NCBI RefSeq assembly: GCF_036971445.1
Contig: NC_091470.1
Span: forward strand, 157,356,001-157,420,000
From: Narcine bancroftii
Lineage: Eukaryota
Length of the DNA stretch: 64,000 nucleotides
Reading direction: 5' to 3'
The first letter of the stretch is position 1, and every line of letters begins with the position of its first letter. The translations under genes were made by a program, and so were the position numbers. Positions 49,526 through 62,439 of this stretch are shown in pieces. Under the pieces are notes generated by a model. It searched no databases. It was not told the origin of the DNA and saw only the letters and a list, made by a program, of their open reading frames with translations.

Positions 49526-51489
49526 GTTCTGCATTACTTGAGGGGGTTTTTGTTTTAATCCATTAAACTGTCTGCAATGGTTCTATTGGTGGGGACTGCA
49601 GGCTAAAATCCTAATGAGTAGCTGGAAAAGCATGACTAATGTTTCTTATGATGACTTTAATTGGCCAGACCTTTGTTTGCATTTGCTGTGCCCCAATTTT
49701 CTAAATTTAAGGAACATTCTCAATCTTCCACAGATCAGGCAGCATCCGAGAAACTAGGTTAATATTTCTGGTCTGGGATCCTGGTCAGAACAGCCTTGGA
49801 TCTGAAACAATGGATGTAACTTTTCAGGTTTGAGATGGATCTGACAAAGGATCTTGGACCTGAACTGTTAACACTTTTTAAATTTTTCAACAGATTCTGC
49901 CTATTCTGTTTGAGTGTTACAAGCATTTTTCAGATTTCCAGCTGCTGGAGTTTTGCTTTGATTTTTTTTTTTTTTGGAACAAAAGTACCCACTAGTTTCT
50001 TGCAATTTAGAGAATTAATACACAGAAATGGGATACAGCTATTCCTGGACATGCTTCTGGGTTCCATTCTGACTGACTACTCTTATCTCTAAATGGACGC
50101 AGGTCAGAAGTGTGTTAGCATGGAACGTAAAAGTCATAAATCAGACATTTAATTAAATTTTTCTTCATCTGAACTCGATCCCTTAGGTGTACTTGAACTT
50201 GGCTGTGGGTTGTCACAATTTTCATCTGTGGGGGGTGGAGTCACAATTTGAAGAACCTGCTTAAATTTGTTTGGATTGTTACCATTGTCATTACTATCAT
50301 AGACTTCATACTTGCCGAACCCTTCTTATTTTTCCTGTGTCTTTTAAAATTGTGCCCACCATCAAATAGACCTCGTGCAATAACATTAACTTTTTTCTTC
50401 CTTCATATTAGTTGATTACCTTCATTTTCAAATCCAAATATAGCATCTTCCCTGGCTGCTTGCCAGATCCATCAGCAGGGGATGGGTTTTTCCTCTTGCT
50501 TGCCGGGTTCTTTGGGGAACTTACTGAATGGTAAGTGGAAGACTGTCACTCTCGTATGCACACAGCTGTATTTTTTTGTTTGTATGTATGGATGGTCCTA
50601 AGTCGGGGGTGAGGGGGAGGCTGTATTAAATTTTTTTTTAGAAAAAATATTTATCCTTTTACTCAGTTGTGCTCTTCTTGGTTTTTGTTGTCTGATCTGA
50701 AAAAAATTATCAGATATTTTCTTCAATGCTACTTGAAAACTGACCAGTGCTGTACTTCAGAGTAACCTAAGACCTTAAACTTTTTAAAAATAAATAAGCT
50801 TACCATTTTGCTTCTGTATAATGATGGTGGAAAGTTCTAAACATGGATAGCTCTGAGAATTAAATTTTTTAAATCTTTCATAACAAAGAAATGTGGTTTT
50901 CAAAATGTTTGCGCTGTGATTCTGCCACAAAATGAATTTCGTGGCACGTTCAGGACAAATTCTGATTCTTCAAGCAGAGGGAGGATGGGTTGGATTTTTG
51001 AGGGGAATTTGTAATGTGATCAGTAATGAGGAGATGTTATTCAAGATTTCACAAGTCTCCTTAAATATTCAACTTTTAAAGAGGCAGAACTATCTGAATG
51101 AAACTACAGTTATTGGCAGGAGACCATTGGGTGACCATTACTCTGTCTGAATGATTAGACCTAGCTACTTTCTCAGTTAAACCTAATCCACATGAAATGT
51201 GCCTGTGTACAAATGTATCTAACTATAGGATTCATCATTGTATAATCAGGAGGCAGAAGACTGCCATATAACCATTTACGGAGCGGAAACAGGCCATGTT
51301 GGCCTTTCGAGTCTGCACCAGTTTACTGATTTTGTGTGCCCTCTTCAGGCATTGGTCCCGGTAGATCTTCATTCAATAACGATGGGCGAATTCAATGCAG
51401 GTGGAATCAGTCGTAGAAATCTTTGTGAAATGTGCAGTTCAATACTTCTGGGCACATTCAATAAAAAGAGACGCAACATTATTGATTGC

Positions 51490-51689
51490 GTTGGGATAGA
51501 ACTCAGCCGGCCCGCTCAAGCCACACCCCAGTGGTGATGCAGCTGAGCTGACTATAAAAGGAAGAGCTGCCACTGAATAAACTCAATGTCGGTGTGTATG
51601 TGTGTCTTTCTTCTCCTGCGGATTCAAGCTACGGCCTTAGGGCAATAACCTTGCTGTAGCTGTAACGAGCTCGCTACAGTGGTGACCCC
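51490..51689 (+). mobile_element. LTR remnant followed by a partial tRNA-Trp primer-binding site
   Basis: TATAAAA, AATAAA, ...gctaCA end at 51678, then TGGTGACCCC (51680-51689). Confidence 0.6.
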
Positions 51690-52582
51690 AACTAGTGGAT
51701 GCATTTTTAAAAAGAAAAAAAAATATTTTAATTGGACATCAGATGTCAAATATCATTTGAAGGTTATTGCCCTAAGGCTGAAAAATGCAAGATAAATTAG
51801 TAGTCCTTGAAGCAAATACAGATGGCTGGGTTAAAACAATCTAGTCAACCAGTTTTCTTCAACTCCTTGATTATGACTTGCCTGGAAGCAACCAGAAGAT
51901 GGAATTTCACATTTTACATTATTAATGGAAGTGGGATCACATTTGAATTATAAATATAGTACAGGGTGTACTGTTTTTTTTCTGGATCAGTGTTTTTTTT
52001 TAATTATTATGTATAGCCTGAATGAATAAAAGTGATGTTCAAAGAGACTGGACCAGACTTGATTGGCAACCCAACAAGAACAATCTGCATCAGGTTAATG
52101 GCTTTTATCCTCTAGAGTGAGATCATTGGTATTATCAGGTTTAGAATGATATTTGAGCTGCTCTCACAAAGGTCAATTTTGTGTTTGGATTCAAACTATT
52201 TGGAGAAGATTTGGGAATGAAGCTTTGGATTTGTACAGCAGAAATGAAGTCTGCTACATGGTGGACGGAAGGAATGAGATTAGAAGAGGAGAAATTGGAA
52301 CAATGCAGAATTCTTGTGGTTGTGTCATGAAAGTCCAGGTTGGGAGGGGGTAGCAATGGTTGAAGAGGCTAAGGAAGTTTAGACACTTGGTTGAGAAATT
52401 ATTTAAAATTTAGTTGGCCTGGAATTTTTTCTAGATCAGTGAGTGCATTCAGAATGGTTGAAAGAGGCAGAGTTTGGATGTCCACGGCAAAGGGTTCAAA
52501 TTCGGGTTAGCGGAGCCAAGGACCATAGCTGTTGGGAAGCACAAGAGGCTGCGGTTATTCTTTATGAAATGATAAACAACTA

Positions 52583-52847
52583 CAGGTACACGATCCTTTA
52601 TCCGGACATCTAAAATCCAGAAAGCTCCAAAATCCGGCAAATGGGGATCAGCAGTTGGGGGGAAGGGGGAGACAGCCTGGCGGCCAAGGGACCATGGTTG
52701 GGGGAGACTGCCGGGGAACCGGGTGACTGGAAGGGGGTGGGGGTGGATACTGCAGCACAATTCGGTTGGGCTTTCCGAAATCTGGAAAAATCTGAAATTC
52801 TGAACACACTGTCCCCCAAGGGTTCCAGATAAAGGATCTTGTACCTG
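52583..52847. mobile_element. Tigger/pogo-like MITE
   Basis: TIR caggtacacgatcctttatc / gataaaggatcttgtacctg; TA on the left flank. Confidence 0.8.
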
Positions 52848-53889
52848 ATATAAGAGGACAAATTTCAATCTAGCATTCACCAACAAGCAGCACAATGGCA
52901 TAGCAGTTAGCACAATGCCTTGACAGCGCTAGCGATCAGAACCGGGGTTCAAATCCCATGCTGACTGTAAGGGGACTCCAGTTTACTCCCACTTTTCAAA
53001 ACTAATTGCGGGTGTAGGTTAATGGGGTGTAAATTGAGTGGCAAGGACTCGTGGGCTGAAATGGCCTGTTAGTATGCTGGATGTCTAAATTTTTTTTAAT
53101 CATGTGAAGGGCTCTCTGCATTTGTGTAGGAGTTACAACCATGGTGTGACTGCCATTTGTGCTTGAATTAAGCCATTCTGGGATTTTTTTTGGCATAGTT
53201 TTATTTGGTTTATAAAGCCAGAAGAGAGGCAAATTCTCTGAAGAGAAGGCTTTTGCAGGGAGTCTGTGTCAGCCTCAAAGACTCTGCAATTATGACAAGA
53301 TATGAAATAGATAGTTGCAGAACTGTTCTGGCTCCTGACAAGGTACTTTCTCTTTTTTTTTGGGGGAGGGGGGCTGTTCCTAGCAAGGGAGAATGCACAG
53401 CTTCAAAGAACTAGAAGATTGTTCACTCTCAGCAAGTCCTGGAACTATTTATTCAACACTACCTTTTGAAGTGGAGCAAAGTAGAAAAAGCAGCAGCTGT
53501 GCAGTATCTGCACAACAAGGCCTAACACACATGTTAAGCAACAATTTAGGATTGAAAAATTGAGTTAAAATGAGCTCTTATCAGACCTTTACCATTAACA
53601 GGTAAAGAAAATAACCTCCAGTCCTAAAGTAAATAGCCAGGTTTTCTACTGGTGAGATGGTAGACAGTGCTACTCATCAAAATATTTAAAATTCCTTTGT
53701 CATGTCATGATCATGTAATATTACACAAAATTACCTTCTGCTTGATGTAAGGCAAAAAGTCGCCATTACTGTTGTCACAGTGTGGGATTCTCATTTAGTT
53801 GCTAAGTTAGTGTTCCAGTCTCTGGAGCGAAATGTAAACCCACGATCTTCAAACTGGAGCTGAGCAACCTAAGGGTACAGGTATACAAC

Positions 53890-54500
53890 TATAGTTATAA
53901 AGGTGGACAGAGTGGTGAAGAGGGTATTTGGGGAAATTGGCTGTCATTTAATATGTGGATTGGGAAATGTTGAACTTGTACAAACTGTAGGTGAGGTCAT
54001 ACTTGGAATATTGTGTGCAGTTTGGGTTGCTCAGTTATAGGTGGGATATTATAAAGTTGGAAAGGGTACAGATGTTTACAAAGTTGTTGCCTGAATTAGG
54101 AAAGTTCGCCTTATTGCGTATCAGGAAAAAATAGGCCTGTTTTCCTTCGAGCATAGGAGGTTGAGAGAGGATCTTGATGAGCGCTCTAAAATGAGGGGGT
54201 AAAAGTACATTCTGTCTCCTAGAATAGGAGAATCTAAGATGAGATGGCATAACTATGATGAGGGGATGGGGTTTAGAAGGGATGTGAGGAGACAGTTTTT
54301 CACGCTGAGGGTGGTGGGCATATGGAACAGATGATGGAAACAATGGTGGAGATGGCTATGCAAGCTTTCTTTAAATACTTGGATAATTATATGGATTGGT
54401 GGGGTAACAGTGTAATGCCAGCATGTGGGATTAAAGCAGGAGGGTATGTTGTTTGGCATGGACAAGCTGGGCCCGTGGGCTTGTTTCTATACTGCATCCC
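53890..54500 (+). mobile_element. Degraded CR1-like LINE 3' fragment
   Basis: LEYCVQF and LERVQ..FTK remnants plus a CR1-type 3' end. Confidence 0.65.
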
Positions 54501-56109
54501 TCTAATCGGGAGGGAAACTCGTACCATTGTGTTGGGGTGCAGTACAGCCACTGTTTTCAACTCTGCACACAACATTGTGGGATAATTTCACCAAATGTAC
54601 TGCAACAGTTCAAGATGGCTTCAATCACCTGAAAGATAAATGTTCACTTTATAGTGCTGCCTGCAACACTACCCCTCCCAAACAAAAGCACAAATTTTGT
54701 ATTGTGAATTTAATAGTTTCTGGATTTTTCACTATATTGATGATCTTGGTCCTCCTTGGAGAAGTAAAGGGCTAAGGATAACATGTGGAAACTGGACTTG
54801 GAGAGTTAAATTACAGAAACTGGGAATTAGAGGGTTTTGAAGGTAAATAGTTGAAAGAAAATCCTTTGGCCTCTTAAGGGCAGCTAAAACAGGAGCCTTA
54901 ACCTATGGACTACAGCTAGGCATTTACAAAGTGAAGTTGTAAAACAGTTCCACAGTTTGGAACATCTATCTGCAATAACTTAAATCTATGATTTGTATGA
55001 TCTAAAGATGTGAGGAAATGAAATTGTGTAGAAATGTCAATGGGAATGACAGAATGGGAGAGACTGGATATCGCTCCTGTTGATGTACTAGATCCCCATA
55101 TTACAGCAACACTCTTTTGTGCCTGTCACTCTATTGGCTCTCAAGGAAACACGACCAATGCAAGAACAAACTTTCTATCATGACTTTTATGTCAGTGCTC
55201 GGCAAAAAGTGTAAGACATTCCTTCTGATAGCCTACAGGTCACCATACCCTTGGGCAAGATTAGCCTCCCAATAAGGGTCACATGAAACCATGGTGGATG
55301 TTTTTTTTTAACAAGCAGATTCTACAAATTGGAATTTATGGTTGTAAAACTAAAAATGCTGGGCAGATAATCTGCTGATCAATGGCTAGTGTTACCAGTC
55401 CAGTATGGACACTGCAACTGAAGAAGGCAATGGGGAAACAACTTATGTATTTTCTCCTCTCTCCCCCCCCCCCCCCCCTTTAATCATGAACTCAATATTG
55501 ACTACAGTCTCAGCTCAAAGGTGGAGTCTACTCCAAAGAAGCAACAACTACAATTTGGAGGGCCAGACATTGTGACGATGGAGAGACATTCGCCCAAGCC
55601 AAATGGCGAGGCACCTGAATGATGATGGTTGTCACTTTGGCAGGTAACTCAACGTAAATGCAACACATTCCTGCATCATAAAGCATTAGTATAGACGAGC
55701 AGTAAAGAGGTGGGAATGTCAAGGTAGAGCAATGTCAGAGAACTGAGCACCAGTGAATAAATAAAATTGCAGGTGTGCACAAGTCTAAAATTAGAAGCTT
55801 GAGATCTGAAGATATGAATGCACTTCTCTTAGTTCCAGAGAAAATGTGTCAAATTCAGTTTCCTGAATGTTTCACCTCAGGAAAACCATAGAAGAAATTT
55901 AGTGCAGTTTGTCTTTTGAACCCCTCCCAGCTCGGTCAGATTTCTGGCCGAGTCCGTCACGCTATCAGGCAGCAAGGCCAGATCCTAACTGGATGAAAAC
56001 TGGTATTGCCTCCTTTCCAGAGAAGTCTCAACCTTTCATCAAATCCGTGTGCCATTGACACAACTGTCAATAACTCCGGAGTGCAATCTGCAGCACCATA
56101 GCTAACCCT

Positions 56110-56225
56110 AGTCGATTGGATCTTATCAGGTCGAACTTTTAGCCTATTATACAAGTTACACATTAATGCAATGCAATAAAACTTTTGATCAGGAACAACC
56201 TACCCCAAAGATTTATAAATAGCGA
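56110..56225 (+). promoter_or_regulatory. Putative RNF186 proximal promoter
   Basis: GATA CTTATCA (56122-56128), HNF1-like GTTACACATTAAT (56155-56167), CDX-like GCAATAAAA (56173-56181), TATAAATA (56214-56221). Confidence 0.6.
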
Positions 56226-56289
56226 TGGGCTGCAGACGGGATCAGTCCCGAACAAGCTAGTCTTCAGGGTGTTTCTCCATCGTCCCAGC

Positions 56290-56928
56290 ATGGAGAAAAA
56301 AGATGGTGTAAGTACCTCGGGGTCCGAGCTTGACTGCCCGATTTGCTTTAACAAGTATGAACTTTTCATCCGAAAGCCCAAACTCCTGAGCTGCCAGCAT
56401 TGCTTCTGCGCGATCTGCCTGAAGATCATGGTGTCTCAGCAGGACGGCTCTTGGGGGGTGGTCTGCCCGCTGTGCCGGCGCAACACGGTGGTGATAGACG
56501 CGCTGATCAGCAACCTGCCGGACCACCCGAGCCTGATGGAAGTCCTGCCCAGGAGGATGTCGACCTTCCCCGATTCCGTGCCGGAGATTGTGCTGTCGCC
56601 GGACTTGCTGGTGCAGACCCAACCCAGTACCCTCACCCTGTTCACGCATGTTAATGAAACCAACCGCTCGGCGGATGATGAGGGTGGACCTTTCAGGAAT
56701 CGGGTCACTGTGTCAGCCATCCGCCGCTTTCTGATGACCATGATCTTTTTCCTGGTCCTCTTGTATGGACTTCAGTATTTCTTCAATAACCCAACTCTGA
56801 TCTGGATCCTCGTTATACTGACTGTTCTGTGTTCATTGACGGGACTGGTTCTTCTGTACTTCACCTGCCAGGAGTCCAGGACCGGCGGCGAGACAAGGAG
56901 ATGCTGGAACCCCCTTTCTTTATTCTAA
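56290..56928 (+). CDS. RNF186: RING-HC E3 ubiquitin ligase with two C-terminal TM helices, RNF186-like, 212 aa, intronless
   Basis: CPIC...PKLLSCQHCFCAICLK...WGVVCPLCR matches the RNF186 pattern; good Kozak AGCATGG; OTUD3 is its neighbour, as in human. Confidence 0.85.
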   Translation: MEKKDGVSTSGSELDCPICFNKYELFIRKPKLLSCQHCFCAICLKIMVSQQDGSWGVVCPLCRRNTVVIDALISNLPDHPSLMEVLPRRMSTFPDSVPEIVLSPDLLVQTQPSTLTLFTHVNETNRSADDEGGPFRNRVTVSAIRRFLMTMIFFLVLLYGLQYFFNNPTLIWILVILTVLCSLTGLVLLYFTCQESRTGGETRRCWNPLSLF

Positions 56929-58529
56929 TGTCGCTGATCAAATGTGGCCACTTCTTGTCCCCACTGGAACCAAAAGCAGGTTCTGCATTTTTATTGTAAC
57001 AGTAATGAAATTTTAGGTGCTATTTTTACCCGATGAAGGGCTCATTATGTATCTTTATTTTTTGCCATTAAAGGACACTTTTTGACCGGCTGAGTTTCTC
57101 CAGCTTTGTGTTTTTTTTTATTTCAACCACGGCGTCTGCAGACTTTCCTGTTTTACTTTTGTAACCTTTTTAAATTTAACTTTATAAAAAATTTAGACAC
57201 ACAGCACGGTAACAGGCCATCTGCCCCCCCACCCCGTACATTTTGAACGATGGGAAGAAACCGGAGCCCCACGGGGAGAATGTACATACTCCTTACAGAC
57301 AGCGCAAGATTAGAACCCAGGTCCCCGATGGGACCATGGATTCAAATGACAGTAGGGGGTCAGAGGACAACCCTTCTGCCCGTGGGCGTGGGCCAACCTT
57401 CGAAGCTGTATGTGTCCCCCCCTCCACTCCCCCCCCCTCTTCTCACAATCCTGCATTTGTTTCTCCTTCAAGGAACTGTCCATATTTCAGTGAGGTAAAG
57501 GTGAAACTGATATTTGAACCGCAAGTTATTAGTTTGGTCAGATTATTAATTTTGATAATGAACCGCCCATTGTGGTTGAGAAGAAGCCTATCAATTGCCT
57601 GATGGAGAAAGAGTCCGAAGTGAAATGCAAATCAGTCGCCGCACCCATTTTCCTTTATCAGATGAACTTTGTTCAAGGCCTTTTAAATGACGAATATTGT
57701 GTTGGGATATCAGAGAATGAGGTCAGCAACTGTTACTTTAATTCTCATTTCCAAGTCAAGTTTATTGTCATCTGATGACACAGGTCCAACCCGACGAAAC
57801 ATGCAGGCCCACATACAGACCAACAACACATACACGGGACAAGTATTCATGTATACAAATAAATACATACATATTGTTTTGGGAAATAGGAAAACCTCAG
57901 ATGGTTATTGTAAGCAGTTTTTTTGGGCATTGAGCATTATCTTTAGAAATGATCCAACAATCTGGCATACTGTGCTGGGAGACCCTAGGGCTCCACAGTG
58001 AAATGTTGCCTGTCCAAGTAAGGCAGTCCATGTAGCCGGCAGTACTGTTGCACAAAACCCTCCTCCCAGCCTTCATTGACTCCTATCAACGAACTCTTTG
58101 TTTCCTTTCCAAATGGTCTGTTTCTCTAGATTTTCCCTCTCAATCTTGTATGATATTTTTGCTGCTGTGAACTCCTTTCCCTGTTTCTCTTCTTCCTGCC
58201 ATTCTGTAACCTCTTGCTTCCCCAAAGATCTTTTCCTGCTGGTTCTCACTTGATGCGATTCCCTCACCAACGTCATCCAGAAACATTACCTGGGTGCTGA
58301 GGGCAAGAAGGTCTCCCGAAGGAACTCGGGGACTGAAGGCTTCCTGATCGTTTCGGAGGTTTACGTCTGGAGTTTGGGGATGCTGAAGGCTTGAACTGGA
58401 GTCTGCATGGCTCCGGAGGTTGCGTGGCCCAAGTGGCTGTGAAAGTGTTGGAGGTGAATCTTTCTCCTATTGTTAGGATAGCTGGGCGATGTTATGGTGA
58501 CTCTTTGTTTGCCTTATAGCAGACAAAAA

Positions 58530-59420
58530 TTATGTTAATGATTTGGATTGCAGAATAAATGGTTTTGTGGCACAGTTTGCAGATGTGGAGAGGCAAGTAG
58601 TTAGGAGGAAATGGAGAGGCTGCAGAGAGATAGATGGATGAAGAGAATGGGCAAATAAGTGCCAAATAGAATACAATGTTAGAAAGTGTACAGACATTGC
58701 ACTTTGGTAGAAGGAATAAAAGGGCAAAGTATTATTTGGATGGGGAGAAAATTCAGAATTCGAGGTGCAAATGGATTTGGGAGACCTCGGGCAGAATACT
58801 GTGAAGTCAACCTCCAGGTTGAGTAAGTGGCGAATAAAGCAAATGCAATGTTGGCATTTGATATGATATTGACTGGTGAGACCTCATGGAGTACAGGATA
58901 CAGTTTTGGCTCCTTATTTATGAAATGATGTGCTAACATTGGAGAGGGTTCATAGAAGATCCACAAGAATGATTCCAAGAATGAAAGAATTAGCATATGA
59001 AGAATGTTTGACAGCTCTTGGACAGCACTCCTTTGAGTTCAGAAGAATGTGGTGGGAACTCATGGAAGCATTTTGAATGTTTAAAGGCCTGGATGGAGTA
59101 GCACATGTGGCATTGTTTCCCATGGTAGGGGAATCTAGGACAAGAGGGTGCAACTTCAGAATTGAAGGGCAACCATTTAAAACATGCAGAGGAATTCCTT
59201 TAGCTAGGGAGTGGCGAATCTCTGAATTTGGCAACACAGGAGGATGTGGAGGTCAGGTTGTTGGGTGTATTTAAGGCAGAGATTGATAGATAACTGAATA
59301 GTCAGGGTATCAAGCGCTATGGACAGAAGGTAGGGGAGTGGAGCTGAGTGGGAGAATGGAATGGCTGAATGAACTTGATGGACCGAATGCCCCACTTCTT
59401 CTCGATCGTATAGTCTTATA
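58530..59420 (+). mobile_element. CR1-like LINE 3' fragment
   Basis: Degenerate RT and C-terminal motifs; similar to 25890-26358. Confidence 0.75.
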
Positions 59421-60082
59421 AAAGGAACCTTCAGTTTTCATGCAATTCTGCCACATCACTTCTCTCAACCTATTTAATTGTCTGGCAGCTTGACCAACAC
59501 CCAGTGTTGGATGACCAGACTATCCTCAGTAAACAGTGTAAAGGCCAGTTTTTTATTTCCTTACCACACTGTTCCCTCACCTCTTACACCATCTTTTTCC
59601 ATGGAAATAATCTATAATTTACCCAGCTTACAATATGTTTCTATTTTAGGGTGAGTTGGCCTTGCTGAAAGATGACTTGGTGACTCTTGGTTTGCTTTTA
59701 CGTCAGGCAAAGGTTCAAGTATATCATGTATATTACATTTTTTGTATGATTACATGACAATAAAAGGAACCTTTGAAACTTTAAGTGGTAACTCTGTTTC
59801 CTGCTCCGTAAGATGCATCCTCTCCTGCTGAGTATTTCCAGCAATGTTCTGTTGTTATGTAATTTTTGTTAATGTCACACAAAGTTTTGAAAGCTTATTA
59901 AGAGTTTACAATATGTTCCAGAATACTTCAGAATCTGGAGGCAGAAAACTCCTTGAGCACATAGTCATTTTGAAATGTAAAGTCTTTCCAATAGAGCTGA
60001 GGGGTAGAGACATGGAGAGATACAGCAGAGGCAGACCCTTCAGCCACTGAATCTGTGCTTACCACCAACCATCCATTTAGAT

Positions 60083-61160
60083 CAGTGGTTTTCAAACTTT
60101 TTCTTTGCATTCACATCTTTGGCTTGGCTTCGCGGACGAAGATTTATGGAGGGGGTAAAAAGTCCACGTCAGCTGCAGGCTCGTTTGTGGCTGACCAGTC
60201 CGATGCGGGACAGGCAGACACGATTGCAGCGGTTGCAAGGGAAAATTGGTTGGTTGGGGTTGGGTGTTGGGTTTTTCCTCCTTTGCCTTTTGTCAGTGAG
60301 GTGGGCTCTGCGGTCTTCTTCAAAGGAGGCTGCTGCCTGCCAAACTGTGAGGCGCCAAGATGCACGGTTTGAGGCGTTATCAGCCCACTGGCGGTGGTCA
60401 ATGTGGCAGGCACCAAGAGATTTCTTTAGGCAGTCCTTGTACCTTTTCTTTGGTGCACCTCTGTCACGGTGGCCAGTGGAGAGCTCGCCATATAATACGA
60501 TCTTGGGAAGGCGATGGTCCTCCATTCTGGAGACGTGACCCATCCAGCGCAGCTGGATCTTCAGCAGCGTGGACTCGATGCTGTCGACCTCTGCCATCTC
60601 GAGTACCTCGACGTTAGGGGTGTGAGCGCTCCAATGGATGTTGAGGATGGAGCGGAGACAACGCTGGTGGAAGCGTTCTAGGAGCCGTAGGTGGTGCCGG
60701 TAGAGGACCCATGATTCGGAGCCGAACAGGAGTGTGGGTATGACAACGGCTCTGTATACGCTTATCTTTGTGAGGTTTTTCAGTTGGTTGTTTTTCCAGA
60801 CTCTTTTGTGTAGTCTTCCAAAGGCGCTATTTGCCTTGGCGAGTCTGTTGTCTATCTCATTGTCGATCCTTGCATCTGATGAAATGGTGCAGCCGAGATA
60901 GGTAAACTGGTTGACCGTTTTGAGTTTTGTGTGCCCGATGGAGATGTGGGGGGGCTGGTAGTCATGGTGGGGAGCTGGCTGATGGAGGACCTCAGTTTTC
61001 TTCAGGCTGACTTCCAGGCCAAACATTTTGGCAGTTTCCGCAAAGCAGGACGTCAAGCGCTGAAGAGCTGGCTCTGAATGGGCAACTAAAGCGGCATCAC
61101 ATACCACCTTAAGTAATCCCTTACTATCATAGAGTGGAAAGAAAAGTTTGGAAACTACTG
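60083..61160. mobile_element. Short hAT MITE (CAGTGGTT family) split by RTE copy 5
   Basis: cagtggttttcaaac ... gtttggaaactactg; halves match 26367-26696. Confidence 0.75.
60117..61096 (-). mobile_element. RTE-clade LINE, 5'-truncated copy 5
   Basis: Open ORF 60169-61096; almost identical to copy 4; 6-bp TSD TCACAT (60111-60116 / 61097-61102). Confidence 0.96.
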
Positions 61161-62439
61161 ATTCACACCAATCCCACTTCTCATTCTCACCGTTTTCTCA
61201 TTAATGCCACCCCCAGGTTGAGACCAATTAATCTCCCAAACTACATGGCTTTGGGATGTGGAAGGAAGCCGGAGTACCATAGTCACAGGGGGAATGTGCA
61301 AACTCCATGTAGACAGCATTCAAGGTCAGTATTGAACCTCAATCTCTGAACCCATGAGGGAGCAGTTCCACTTGCTTCCCCACGTGAGTCAGTGATGAAA
61401 GGATCAGGAAACAACATGAAGGTGAACAGAATAGTTCTAAACATAAGCACTACAAGTTGCATAAGCATTTAATGTCCAATTTTAGGAACTGGATTCCAGG
61501 TCAGCTTGAGAAACTTGGAGACTGAAAATAATTAATGATGACATGAAGATTGGATTTTTAAATGCCTGTCAATAATGGGAGGAATGGAGGCCTCACCATG
61601 AGGAAGGAGATCCAAGAAGTCCGATTTCAAGTTCTGAGTGTTCTAATACAGGGCATTGTGATAGTGAGCTAGCTCTGGAACAATATAGTCAGCACATTGA
61701 TTAATGAGTTACTGTGCTGAATGAATGGTTCCATTCACCCATAAATTCTTGGAGGTGACATCAGTGGCATGTGGTCTACACCCTCGTGCCTGTAGCTTTT
61801 CTCTTTCCCCATTTGCTTCAAAAGTCTGAGGATGTTAACTGTGTTTACAGTAATGAGCACATGAAAGATGAATTGTTTGCACCACAGTAAAGATCTCAGA
61901 CTACACATCCTCACAAAGCAGAAAAGTGTTTCTATATTTATTATCAGTTTTAGATTCGTGGCAATAAAAACACTTTACAAAAATGTAGAATCACACTCAA
62001 AGATCATTTCAATATTTTGCCAAATTTCCTTTGCCTGGCTCAGCTCATCACTCCTTCATTTTTTAACCCTGGAGTTAATTATCTCAAGCTCATCGATCCA
62101 GCTTTCCAACATCCAAAATTCTGCTTTTCACGTCACAACTTCCACCAGTGCCTCTGCGCTCACAGAAATACATTGGCTCCTGTTTCAGCAACTCTCCTGG
62201 TTTCAGTTTCTCATAATTTCCTTCAGATATGTCATAACCCCCAGTTTCCCATATAATCTCCAGCTCTTCCAATTCTCACCTCTGATTTTACACACTCAAA
62301 CATTTGTGCCTTGAGTTGCCTTTATAGTAAGCTCTGGATTTCCTTTTCTAACCTTCTTTATGTCTATCTCCTCCTTTAAGGCACCAATGAAATCACCTCT
62401 GTGGCTGAGCTTTTGCTCACTTGTTCCTGTATCCATTTT

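Noticed and set aside
56185-56289. N-terminal extension of the RNF186 ORF from a TTG start
   Set aside because: It spans the TATA box; the ATG at 56290 has good Kozak context
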